From: Ignicoccus hospitalis KIN4/I
GTDB taxonomy: Archaea > Thermoproteota > Thermoprotei_A > Sulfolobales > Ignicoccaceae
Assembly (NCBI RefSeq): GCF_000017945.1
Contig: NC_009776.1
Location: 990,001 to 1,022,000 of the forward strand
Reading direction: 5' to 3'
DNA: 32,000 nt
Program-made: the position numbers and the translations under genes
Part shown: positions 1 to 8,171 of the stretch, piece by piece
Layout: every line of letters starts with the position of its first letter
Numbering within the stretch: the first letter of the stretch is position 1
Notes under the pieces: model-generated
The model's database searches: none
The model's input: the letters and a program-made list of their open reading frames with translations, nothing else
Told to the model about the DNA's origin: nothing

Positions 1-526
1 AACCCAAGCTGCCGGCCGTCACTAAGACGTAGCCGCCGTCGTAGGGGTCGTAAAGCCTCGGCTCGTGGACGGGGCCGAACACCTTGGACCTCTTCGGGTA
101 CGCGGCTTTCTGCTCCTCCCAGTGCAAGGCGTTCAAGTCCGAGAACGCGGAGGCGAGCTTGGCGGCTCTGGTGGGCTTGACTACGGCGTCTATAACTTCT
201 ACGTTGACCACCTTGGCCCCCTTGAGCTTCTGCGTTATGCCGGGGACCAGGGCGAAGTTGCTCCCGTTTAAGATTACTACGTCATACTTCTTTATCTTTA
301 ATGAGTCTATCAAGGCCTTGAGGAGCCTCCTCAAAGAGGGGCGGGCCTCGCCCACCGGCACCGGCTGTTCGGTCGAGATGACCTCTTCCGCCACCCCCCG
401 GAACCTCCCCTCCGTCCCCTTGACCGTTAGGACGTCCGGAGGGGAGCCGAGCTCCTTGAGCCAGTAAGCTATCGCGAACGCTTGGCCCGCGTGCCCCCCG
501 AAGCCCCCCACCACGAGGGCCTTCAA
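1..526 (-). CDS. Alg14/MurG-like glycosyltransferase family protein, partial (runs off left edge)
   Basis: Manual translation of the minus strand from TTG at 526: MKALVVGGFGGHAGQAFAIAYWLKELGS...YDVVILNGSNFALVPGITQKLKGAKVVNVEVIDAVVKPTRAAKLASAF..., open to the window edge. Gly-rich N-terminus and 'NVEVIDAVVKPTRAAKL' resemble the Alg14 family. Confidence 0.6.
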   Translation of the reverse strand, partial: MKALVVGGFGGHAGQAFAIAYWLKELGSPPDVLTVKGTEGRFRGVAEEVISTEQPVPVGEARPSLRRLLKALIDSLKIKKYDVVILNGSNFALVPGITQKLKGAKVVNVEVIDAVVKPTRAAKLASAFSDLNALHWEEQKAAYPKRSKVFGPVHEPRLYDPYDGGYVLVTAGSLG

Positions 527-539
527 AACCGAACACCCT

Positions 540-2228
540 TCACTCGTGGAGGTATATCAAGTTCAAGGTGTCCTCCTCCACCCCGTCCACCTTGGCGTAG
601 CCCTTCCTAATCAGCTGTACCCAGCCCTCCAACTTGAGGGCTTCTGGCTCCACCAAGGCAAAGGACTTCCTCTCCCCGGGCCTCCAGACTATAGCCCCCT
701 TGGGGTCCTTGACCCACTGGACTATGTCGTAGCCCTTCTCCTTGTCCAGTTCCTTGCTCTCGAACTCGAGTAAGTAGACGCCCTCGTCCTCGTCAAAGCC
801 CTTGTACTTGAAGTTGGCCAACTCCATGAGCCTCAGCCCGCCTCTCCTCTTCGCCCTCCTCAAGTCGGCCCTCTCCAAGTAGACCACCTCCCCGGGCTCC
901 ACCGAGTACTTCCTAGACCCCAAGCCCTCCGTCGGGTGCCACGGGAGCTCCGCCTCCAAGGGCTCTGGGGCCAGCAGCTTGGCCGGCGCGGGGTCCTCCA
1001 CTGCCATCACCCTGTAGGCCTTCTTGTCTATCACCTTCTTGTTCTCGGCTGCTAAATTTGCGAAGCTTATGCTCGCGTCGCTGCTCTTTATCCCGACGCT
1101 CAGCATGACTTCCCTTATCGCCTCCGGGGCGAAGCCCCTCCTCCTCAGCCCCCTTATGGTCGCTGCCCTGGGGTCGTCGCCCTTGAAGCCGGCCTCCCTC
1201 ATCTTGCTCTTGGAGAGCACGAAGCCCTCGAGCTTGAGCCTCCCGAAGTGTATTACCGTAGGCATGGTCCATCCCAAGTGTTTGTACAAGAACTCTTGCT
1301 TCACCGTGTTCTGCCTGTGCTCCCTGGCCCTGAGCACGTGAGTTATGCCCATTAGGTAATCGTCCACCCCCGCGGCGAAGTTGTAGGTGGGCCACAAGAC
1401 GTACTTGTCGCCCGTTAGCGGGTGGGGGTGTTTGGAGGTGTCTATTATCCTAAACGCCACCCAGTCCCTAACCGAGGGGTCCGGGTGCCTCAAGTCGGTC
1501 TTGACCCTTACCACCGCTTCGCCCTCGCCGAACTTGCCCTCTAGCACTTGGTCGAGCAGCTCCTCTTGCTCCTCCGGAGGCAAGTCTCTGTGGGGGCAAG
1601 GCTTGCCCTCGTCCCTGAGCTTCCTCCACTCCTCCGGGGGGCAAGTGCAGACGTAAGCCCCTCCCCTCCTCACGAGCTCCCTCAAGAGCCCGTAGTAAAC
1701 CTCCATCCTCTGGGACTGGTAGTACTCCTCGTCCCACCCTATCCCCAACCAGCTCAAGTCCTCCTTTATGGCCTCGTAGGCCTCCGGCAAGGGCCTCTTG
1801 GTCCTCGGGTCCGTGTCCTCGAAGCGAAGGACGAACCTCCCCTCGTAGGCCTTGGCGTATTCGTAACTTATTATTGCGGGCCTCGCGTTCCCCAAGGTCA
1901 TGTAGAAGTCGGGGTTGGGGGCGAAGCGGGTCTTGACCTTGCCCCTCTCCGCGTTGGGGAGAGGGGGCAAGCCCTTCCTAGTCTCCTTCTTCCTCTCCTC
2001 CAACGCTTCTGGGAACCTCTCCTTCAAGATCCTCTCTTGCTCCTCCAAGCTCATCCTGTTAACTTCTTCTACAACTTCCTTGATTATTGGTATTATCTCC
2101 TTAACCTTAGGGCGGAGCTCCGGGCTCTCCGCTAGGACCGCAGTGACCACCGGCTTGAGCTGGGCCTTGCCGCCGTGGAGGTAGGCGTTCCTCAAGGCGT
2201 GCTTGAGGGCCAGCTCCCTGACGTCCAC
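540..2228 (-). CDS. gltX: Glutamyl-tRNA synthetase (archaeal type)
   Basis: 562 aa; class I aaRS features 'RFAPNPDFYMTLGNARPAIISYEYA', 'LRFEDTDPR', 'VLSKSKM' (KMSKS-like) and archaeal C-terminal domain. Confidence 0.97.
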   Translation of the reverse strand: MDVRELALKHALRNAYLHGGKAQLKPVVTAVLAESPELRPKVKEIIPIIKEVVEEVNRMSLEEQERILKERFPEALEERKKETRKGLPPLPNAERGKVKTRFAPNPDFYMTLGNARPAIISYEYAKAYEGRFVLRFEDTDPRTKRPLPEAYEAIKEDLSWLGIGWDEEYYQSQRMEVYYGLLRELVRRGGAYVCTCPPEEWRKLRDEGKPCPHRDLPPEEQEELLDQVLEGKFGEGEAVVRVKTDLRHPDPSVRDWVAFRIIDTSKHPHPLTGDKYVLWPTYNFAAGVDDYLMGITHVLRAREHRQNTVKQEFLYKHLGWTMPTVIHFGRLKLEGFVLSKSKMREAGFKGDDPRAATIRGLRRRGFAPEAIREVMLSVGIKSSDASISFANLAAENKKVIDKKAYRVMAVEDPAPAKLLAPEPLEAELPWHPTEGLGSRKYSVEPGEVVYLERADLRRAKRRGGLRLMELANFKYKGFDEDEGVYLLEFESKELDKEKGYDIVQWVKDPKGAIVWRPGERKSFALVEPEALKLEGWVQLIRKGYAKVDGVEEDTLNLIYLHE

Positions 2229-2319
2229 TCTAATTTCCCTCTGAAGGGTCCCGGGGAGGTCCTAAAACTCCCTAAGCCCCTATACTTGTTGGGAGTCGAC
2301 GAGGTCCTTCCCCCGATTA

Positions 2320-2658
2320 CTAGCGCAGGGGTACCCCCTTCCTCTTCATCACTTCCTTCAAGGCCCTCCTCAAGTGCTCCGCGTCCACCGCCACGTTCCC
2401 GGTGGTGTCTTCTTGCGTTATGACTACCTTGCCGTTTAAGTAGACCTTAACCGTAGGTATGATGAACACCCTCTCCTCGCTCATAACCCTCGGAGCCATG
2501 GCCACGTCGACCTCTATTACCTTAACCTTGAAGTTCTCTAGGTACTCTACGAGCTTCTCCACCAGCCTCTTGCTGGCCGGCACCCACTCCGCGGTGAACA
2601 CCACTACGCTTACCCCCTCCTTGATCTTCTCCTCGAACTCTTCGTAGCTGGTTATCAA
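2320..2658 (-). CDS. Thioredoxin-fold protein lacking the CxxC active site
   Basis: 112 aa; 'SVVVFTAEWVPASKRLVEKL' aligns with the Trx 'AxWCxxCK' region and 'IIPTVKVYLNGK' with the cis-Pro region. Confidence 0.75.
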   Translation of the reverse strand: MITSYEEFEEKIKEGVSVVVFTAEWVPASKRLVEKLVEYLENFKVKVIEVDVAMAPRVMSEERVFIIPTVKVYLNGKVVITQEDTTGNVAVDAEHLRRALKEVMKRKGVPLR

Positions 2659-2674
2659 GCAGCTCCCTAGTGCC

Positions 2675-3214
2675 TCACCCCAAAGTGACCGAAAAGGGCT
2701 TTTCTGACCCTTCTAAGAGAACCTTGCCCTCGCACTTAGAGAACACTTCGAAGTCGAAGTTCTTTAACCTCAAAACTATGAAGTACTTGCCGGTGTAGAG
2801 CGTAACCCCCTCCGGGGAGAACTTGAGCCTCCCGTCGTCGGTATAAACCTCGTGAATTTCGCACCTCCCCACGCCTACGTCCTCTCTGATCATCCAGCCT
2901 ATGGAGATAACCGCGTCCTTGTTTAGGTGCACCACCCCGGGGTACATGGGGTCTAAGGGGTCCAAGGAATTCATCTTCTTCCCCTTCTCGCCCGTCGCCG
3001 TCCCGGGCTCGAGCTTCAAGGTCCCGGCGCAAGGGCTCTCCACGCCCTTGACGAGCACTTCGCCTTCGACTTCCAAGTCCAGCACGACCACGGGTTTGCC
3101 GTAGTCGTCGAAGGCCCAGAAGACCTTGACTATCCTCAACACGTTGACGGGCCCCCGACCGGCCTCGGCCAGCGGCGTCAGAGCTATCAAGGAAGCGAGG
3201 GCCGACGCTATCAA
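2675..3214 (-). CDS. Hypothetical secreted/exported protein
   Basis: 179 aa; hydrophobic N-terminus (IASALASLIALTPLAEA), beta-rich remainder, two possible disulfide Cys pairs. True start uncertain. Confidence 0.6.
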   Translation of the reverse strand: MIASALASLIALTPLAEAGRGPVNVLRIVKVFWAFDDYGKPVVVLDLEVEGEVLVKGVESPCAGTLKLEPGTATGEKGKKMNSLDPLDPMYPGVVHLNKDAVISIGWMIREDVGVGRCEIHEVYTDDGRLKFSPEGVTLYTGKYFIVLRLKNFDFEVFSKCEGKVLLEGSEKPFSVTLG

Positions 3215-3305
3215 TAGCAGCGAGATGAGCGCGAAGCCCTTCCTCGTCTTCGCTCACCGTGCGAGAAGGGACGTTCGAGATCCAAAAACGTTTTGCGGGA
3301 GAGAA

Positions 3306-5771
3306 TCACTGGCGGAGCCTCTCCTCGAGCTCCGCCAACCTGTTCAACATCACCTTCCTCTCTATTCCGGCAACCATGTAGCGGGTCCTCACCACGGCGT
3401 CGGGGTTGACGCTTATGCTGTCTATTCCAGTCTTCACTAAGAACTCCACCAGCTCCGGGTAGACGCTGGGGCCTTGTCCGCATATGCTTACGGTCCTCCC
3501 GTACTTGTGGGCGGTCTTGATGAGCATCTCTATAGCCTTTAACACCGCCGGGTCCCTCTCGTCGAAGTAGCCCATCTTAGCTAGCAAGTCGCTGTCTCTG
3601 TCGGCGCCCAACACCAGCTGGGTGAGGTCGTTGCTGCCTATGCTGAAGCCGTCCACCAGCTGGGAGAACTGGTCCGCGAGGAGCACGACGCTCGGGACCT
3701 CTGCCATTATCCACACCTTGAAGTCCCTGCTCCTCTTCAGTCCCTCCTCTTCCATTATCTTCAGCACCTTCTCTACCTCCCAGGTGGTCCTCACGAACGG
3801 CAGCATCACCCAGACGTTCTTCAGCCCGTACTCCTCCCTCACCTTCTTTATCGCCCTTACCTCCAAGCGGAAGGCGGGCTCGTACTTGGGATGGATGTAC
3901 CTAGACACGCCCCTCCAGCCCAACATCGGGTTCCTCTCTTCGGGCTCGAACTCCTCCCCTCCCTTCAGCCCCCTGTACTCGTTGCTCTTGAAGTCGCTGA
4001 ACCTAACCACTACGGGCCTCGGGTATATGGCGGAGGCGACCTTCGCTATGCCGTCGGCCAGCTTGTTTATGAAGAAGGTCTCCTTGCCTTCCTTTATTAG
4101 GTAGAGCGGGTGGTAGCCTATCCAGTCCGTTATTATGAACTCGATCCTCATGAGTCCTATCCCGTCGAACGGCAAGTCCTTGTAGCGGTCGATGGCGTTG
4201 GGCTCGCCCAAGTTCATGTAGATCTTGGTCCCGGTGGGCGGGTAGAGGAAGCGCAGCTCCTCCTTAGGTATGCCGAAGCCCGCGGCCTCGGCCTTCTCCT
4301 CCTTCTTCTCCGCGCCCAACTTCACCTTGCCCTTGTAAACTACTCCCCTATAACCGTCCACAGTCACCACGGTGCCGCTCTGGATCTTCTTGGTAGCCTC
4401 CTTGGTGCCCACCACGGCCGGTATGCCCAGCTCCCTAGATACTATAGCCGCGTGGGAGGTCATGCCCCCTTCGTCGGTTACTATTGCGGACGCCTTCCTC
4501 ATCAAGGGTACCCAGTCGGGGTCGGTCATCTTAGTTACCAGCACGTCGCCCTCGTTGAACTTGTCAGCGTCCTTCTTGGGGTCGAACAAAACCTTAGCGG
4601 TGCCTATCCCTATCCCGGGGGAGGCCGGAAGACCTCGGACGAGGACCTCGGCCTCCACGTGCTCGACCTCCTCTTCCTCTTCTTCGGGCCTCACCTTTAC
4701 CTCTTCCCTTGCGGACCAGACCGTCTCCGGCCTAGCTTGCAACATGAACACGTTCTTGGGGAACTCCATTTCCTTGTCTATAGCCCACTCTATGTCCATA
4801 GGCCTCCCGTAGTGTTCTTCTACCTTGACGCCCATCTTCGCCAACGCGAAGATCTCCCTGTCGTTTAGGGAGGGGGCCTCCGCCTTCTCGGGCGGCAGCG
4901 GGACCTCCTTGGTGCCTCCCTTCTCGGGGTCGAATACTATGGCGATTTCCTTCTTAGCTATGTGCTTCTCCAAGATCATCCTCTTCAAATCTTCCTCGCT
5001 CACCTCAGTGGGGTCCTTGTCTATAAGCTCCTTAACGACCCTCTTGTCCACTATGAAGGTGTCCGGAGTGACCTTGCCTCCCACCACGGCCTCGCCCAGG
5101 CCCCACGAGCTCTCGATAGTGATCTTGTCGCGGTCACCGTTCCTCACGTCCAAAGTAAACATCACTCCGGCCTTGTCCGCGTTGACCATCTTCTGGACCA
5201 CGGTCGCCATAGCCACGTTCTCGTGAGGGATGCCCTTGCTAACCCTGTACGCTATCGCCCTGGCGTTGAAGAGGGAGGCCCAGCACTTCTTGACGTGCTC
5301 CACCACGGAGTCCTCGCCTATCACGTTCAAGTAGGTGTCTTGCTGCCCCGCGAAGGAGGCGTCGGGCAAGTCCTCCGCGGTGGCGGAGGACCTCACGGCC
5401 ACCCTGAGCTTATCGGGCTCCACGCCCACCCTCTTAGCGAGCTCCCTGTAAGCCTTCCTTATCTCCTCTTCCATGTCCTTGGGCATGGGGGTTTCGATTA
5501 TTAACTTCTTAATTTCTTCGGAGACCTTCTCCAGCTCCTTAACGTCGCTCACGTCCACGTCCGCGAGCATGGAGTTTATCTTGTCTAGGAGCCCAGTCTC
5601 CTTTATAAACCTCCTATAAGCGTTGGCGGAGACCACGAAGCCGGGAGGGACCGGTATGCCGGCGTGTACGAGCTCGCCGAGGTTGGCGCCCTTGCCCCCG
5701 GCCAAGGGCAAGTCGTCCTTAGTAATTTCTTCGAACCACAATACTACTTTGTTGACCTTGTCCTCGCTCAA
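3306..5771 (-). CDS. ppsA: Phosphoenolpyruvate synthase
   Basis: 821 aa; '[12 protein letters not shown]', phospho-His region '[25 protein letters not shown]', '[13 protein letters not shown]' and 'SICGQGPS'. Confidence 0.97.
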   Translation of the reverse strand: MSEDKVNKVVLWFEEITKDDLPLAGGKGANLGELVHAGIPVPPGFVVSANAYRRFIKETGLLDKINSMLADVDVSDVKELEKVSEEIKKLIIETPMPKDMEEEIRKAYRELAKRVGVEPDKLRVAVRSSATAEDLPDASFAGQQDTYLNVIGEDSVVEHVKKCWASLFNARAIAYRVSKGIPHENVAMATVVQKMVNADKAGVMFTLDVRNGDRDKITIESSWGLGEAVVGGKVTPDTFIVDKRVVKELIDKDPTEVSEEDLKRMILEKHIAKKEIAIVFDPEKGGTKEVPLPPEKAEAPSLNDREIFALAKMGVKVEEHYGRPMDIEWAIDKEMEFPKNVFMLQARPETVWSAREEVKVRPEEEEEEVEHVEAEVLVRGLPASPGIGIGTAKVLFDPKKDADKFNEGDVLVTKMTDPDWVPLMRKASAIVTDEGGMTSHAAIVSRELGIPAVVGTKEATKKIQSGTVVTVDGYRGVVYKGKVKLGAEKKEEKAEAAGFGIPKEELRFLYPPTGTKIYMNLGEPNAIDRYKDLPFDGIGLMRIEFIITDWIGYHPLYLIKEGKETFFINKLADGIAKVASAIYPRPVVVRFSDFKSNEYRGLKGGEEFEPEERNPMLGWRGVSRYIHPKYEPAFRLEVRAIKKVREEYGLKNVWVMLPFVRTTWEVEKVLKIMEEEGLKRSRDFKVWIMAEVPSVVLLADQFSQLVDGFSIGSNDLTQLVLGADRDSDLLAKMGYFDERDPAVLKAIEMLIKTAHKYGRTVSICGQGPSVYPELVEFLVKTGIDSISVNPDAVVRTRYMVAGIERKVMLNRLAELEERLRQ

Positions 5772-5828
5772 GGCGCGCCCCTTCCCGCCCTACCGCCCCT
5801 CCTTTTTTAGGGTTCATGCATGCTAATA

Positions 5829-5838
5829 CTGTATATAC
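5829..5838 (+). promoter_or_regulatory. TATA-like box upstream of the csa3-like gene, probably leaderless transcript
   Basis: 'ctGTATATAC' ending about 16 nt before the GTG at 5854; preceded by a 'catgcatg' palindrome. Confidence 0.45.
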
Positions 5839-5853
5839 CCGAGGTGTACGGCC

Positions 5854-6528
5854 GTGGAGGTCCACTCGCCAGTGGGCTTCGACGAGAAGCTGCCATTGAG
5901 GTGTCTGCTAGAGGTGGAGAAGGACCTTGGGGACGTCAAGAGGTTTATAGCCTACGTGCCGGAGCCCAGCGACCCGAAGGCCGAAAGGGCCCTTTCTAAC
6001 TTGAAGGATTTGATAGTTAATTATGGAAAGGAGTTCGAGGTGATTTACCTCTCCGCGGACCCGGGGGACCTGTTTCAGAACGTCTCCAAGGTTTCAGCTA
6101 TGCTTAGCAGGTCGCTGAGGCTAGAGGACGTGGCGGTTTGTTTGAACGCCGGCATGAGGCACGTGTTGGTTGCTATGGTACTAGCCGTAATGACCGTCGA
6201 CACCAAAGACTGGGGGAGGGTTTTCGTCTACTTGGGCTCCGAGGGGGACCCCACAAAGCGAGCGTTGTTGAACTTGGCTTCAGTCATAGAGGGACTTCGG
6301 CCCCTATGCGAGAAGGGAGACTTGGAGAGGGCGATCTACGCGGTCGTGAGTAAGGGGCCCATGAAAAAGGCAGACATATTAAAGAAACTGAGGGAGATGG
6401 GTTACGACCGGTCTAAGCAGCGCGTTTACGAAGTTATCAACCGAATGGTGGAGGCGGGCTCCCTCGAAGTGATAAAGCGAGACGGCAAGGAGCTCGTGGC
6501 GCTGAAGGGTTATAAGGAGAGGGAGTAG
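5854..6528 (+). CDS. csa3: Csa3-like CARF-domain winged-HTH transcriptional regulator
   Basis: 224 aa; N-terminus 'MEVHSPVGFDEKL' parallels the second Csa3 (MRAHVPLGFDAT); 'YLSADPGDLFQNVSKV' and 'CLNAGMRHVLVAM' fit a CARF fold; C-terminal wHTH 'MKKADILKKLREMGYDRSKQRVYEVINRMVEAGSLEV'. Confidence 0.82.
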   Translation: MEVHSPVGFDEKLPLRCLLEVEKDLGDVKRFIAYVPEPSDPKAERALSNLKDLIVNYGKEFEVIYLSADPGDLFQNVSKVSAMLSRSLRLEDVAVCLNAGMRHVLVAMVLAVMTVDTKDWGRVFVYLGSEGDPTKRALLNLASVIEGLRPLCEKGDLERAIYAVVSKGPMKKADILKKLREMGYDRSKQRVYEVINRMVEAGSLEVIKRDGKELVALKGYKERE

Positions 6529-7043
6529 CACGCGAAGAAGTCGCCAACGGAGCACACCTCCTCCCCGACCGACCCGAGCTCCTCCCTAGATAGGAAGCGC
6601 GCGTACTTGAAGATCGGATGCCCCCTCCTCCCCTTCTCTTCGTAGGACTTGACCAGCTCGCTCTCCTTGAGCAGCGCGCAGACGACCACCCTCTTCCCCA
6701 CCCTCTTAGCCTCCTTCAACGACCTCTCCTTGTCTTGTACGAAGCAGAGCGAGGTGACGAAGGCTACCGTATCGAAGGAGGAGCTCCGGAAGGGGAGGGC
6801 TTCGGCGACCCCTAAGACGGCCTCCGCGCCCTTCCCCTTCGCTAACCTCAACGCCCCCAAGGCCGGGTCCAAGGCGACGCAGCCCAGGGGCGCCGAGAAG
6901 GCCCCCGTGCCGGCGCCTACCTCTAAGCACCTCCCCTTCACCGCCCTCCTAACGCACTCGAGCTCCTCCCGGTAGAGCCCTTCGTTCTCTTTGTACCAAG
7001 AGTCGTACTCCTCCGCGAGCCTCGAGAAGGCCTCGAAGCTCAT
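6510..7043 (-). CDS. Class I SAM-dependent methyltransferase
   Basis: Motif I 'CLEVGAGTGAF', 'ALPFRSSSFDTVAFVTSLCF'. ATG at 7043 overlaps the upstream gene's TGA (ATGA), so it is preferred over the GTG at 7058. Confidence 0.8.
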   Translation of the reverse strand: MSFEAFSRLAEEYDSWYKENEGLYREELECVRRAVKGRCLEVGAGTGAFSAPLGCVALDPALGALRLAKGKGAEAVLGVAEALPFRSSSFDTVAFVTSLCFVQDKERSLKEAKRVGKRVVVCALLKESELVKSYEEKGRRGHPIFKYARFLSREELGSVGEEVCSVGDFFACYSLSL

Positions 7044-8137
7044 TGGGCCACACCGCACGTGTTCCCTATCCCGGCCACTATCGCGGTAGCGCCCTTGGGC
7101 AGCTCCTTCACCCTTTCTATTACTTTCTGGACCACGAGGTCCACCGCTTTGGCCACCTTCTCCGGCATGTCAGTTATTGCCTCCTCCGCACTCATCTTAA
7201 TTACTATGGCCTCCAAGGGAATGCCGTACTTGGTGGCCGCCCTCTCTATGGCTATCTTCTCCGGCCCGGGGTCCCCTATGGCCGCGCCGGAGCCCTCCGC
7301 TATCTGGCCGGTCTCCTCTCCCTCCAACTTTAACGCCGCGTCGACCGTCAAGATGAGGTCCACCTTCCCCCGGAGCTCCTCCACGACCCTTTGGACGGCC
7401 TCGCCCGGGGAGCCGACCGTGGCCCCGGGCCCCTCGGCCTTTATCACTATTACCCTCCTGCCTTCAATGTCCACCTCGCCCGCGACCGTGTCCTTGGCGG
7501 GCCTCCACAGCCTCTTCTTATTGATAAGTAACCTAAATGCCACCAGCGGGCCCGCCCCGTCGCCCACGGGTCTGCAGTTCTTGAAGGTGTCCAAGGCATC
7601 CCTCAAAGTCTTGCTCATCTTACTTATCATGGGCATCAACATCCATAGTTGCATCATCAGGAAGAAGTTGTTAGTCTTTAAGGACGTAAGCAAGTAGTGT
7701 CTCACGATCTTGTATATCGTGTTCAAGCTGTTGGTTATTTCGAGCATTACCATGGCGTTGTGCTTGTGGGCCCTCGGGACGTCCTCCGGCAGGCTTGAGG
7801 ATAACAGCCTCTCCCACCTCTCTTGACCAGTTCTAATTATGTGGGCCATCCTCTTGGTTATGTCAGTGGGCTCTATGTCTACCGGACTTATGTGGAAGAA
7901 CTCCTTTATTCTCCTTACTATCTCATCAGCGTTCTTAACGTTTAACTTCTTCAAGACCTCTAGGGTCTCCTTCTCGCTCTCCTCCGCGTACCCCTTTATC
8001 TCTTCCATTTTCACCCTTATGTTCTTGGCCCATATGTACATCCTGAGGCGGGCGTCGGCGCCGGTGAAGGCCATGAGTAAGAACGCCATAAACATCAGCT
8101 GCGTTATCACGTCCAATACGTTTGAGGGTTCTTGCAA
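7040..8137 (-). CDS. DUF1512-like conserved archaeal membrane-anchored protein
   Basis: 365 aa; N-terminal TM segment, 'GDGAGPLVAFRLL', 'EGPGATVGSPGEAVQRVVE', 'GSGAAIGDPGPEKIAIE', 'GIGNTCGVAQ'; consistent with this archaeal family from memory. Confidence 0.7.
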   Translation of the reverse strand: MQEPSNVLDVITQLMFMAFLLMAFTGADARLRMYIWAKNIRVKMEEIKGYAEESEKETLEVLKKLNVKNADEIVRRIKEFFHISPVDIEPTDITKRMAHIIRTGQERWERLLSSSLPEDVPRAHKHNAMVMLEITNSLNTIYKIVRHYLLTSLKTNNFFLMMQLWMLMPMISKMSKTLRDALDTFKNCRPVGDGAGPLVAFRLLINKKRLWRPAKDTVAGEVDIEGRRVIVIKAEGPGATVGSPGEAVQRVVEELRGKVDLILTVDAALKLEGEETGQIAEGSGAAIGDPGPEKIAIERAATKYGIPLEAIVIKMSAEEAITDMPEKVAKAVDLVVQKVIERVKELPKGATAIVAGIGNTCGVAQ

Positions 8138-8171
8138 CGCCGAGCCCGGTTACGGCAGAAGGCCTCGCTTA

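Noticed and set aside
1548-2135. 195-aa plus-strand ORF antisense to gltX
   Set aside because: Shadow ORF of a well-supported minus-strand gene; compositionally biased (Leu/Arg/Val/Pro) with no domain signal.
2736-3257. 173-aa minus ORF overlapping the 2675-3214 gene in another frame
   Set aside because: Arg/Gly-rich frame-shifted translation. The 2675-3214 frame has the hydrophobic leader and normal composition.
4110-4868. 252-aa plus-strand ORF antisense to ppsA
   Set aside because: Antisense shadow of PEP synthase codons; repetitive low-complexity sequence.
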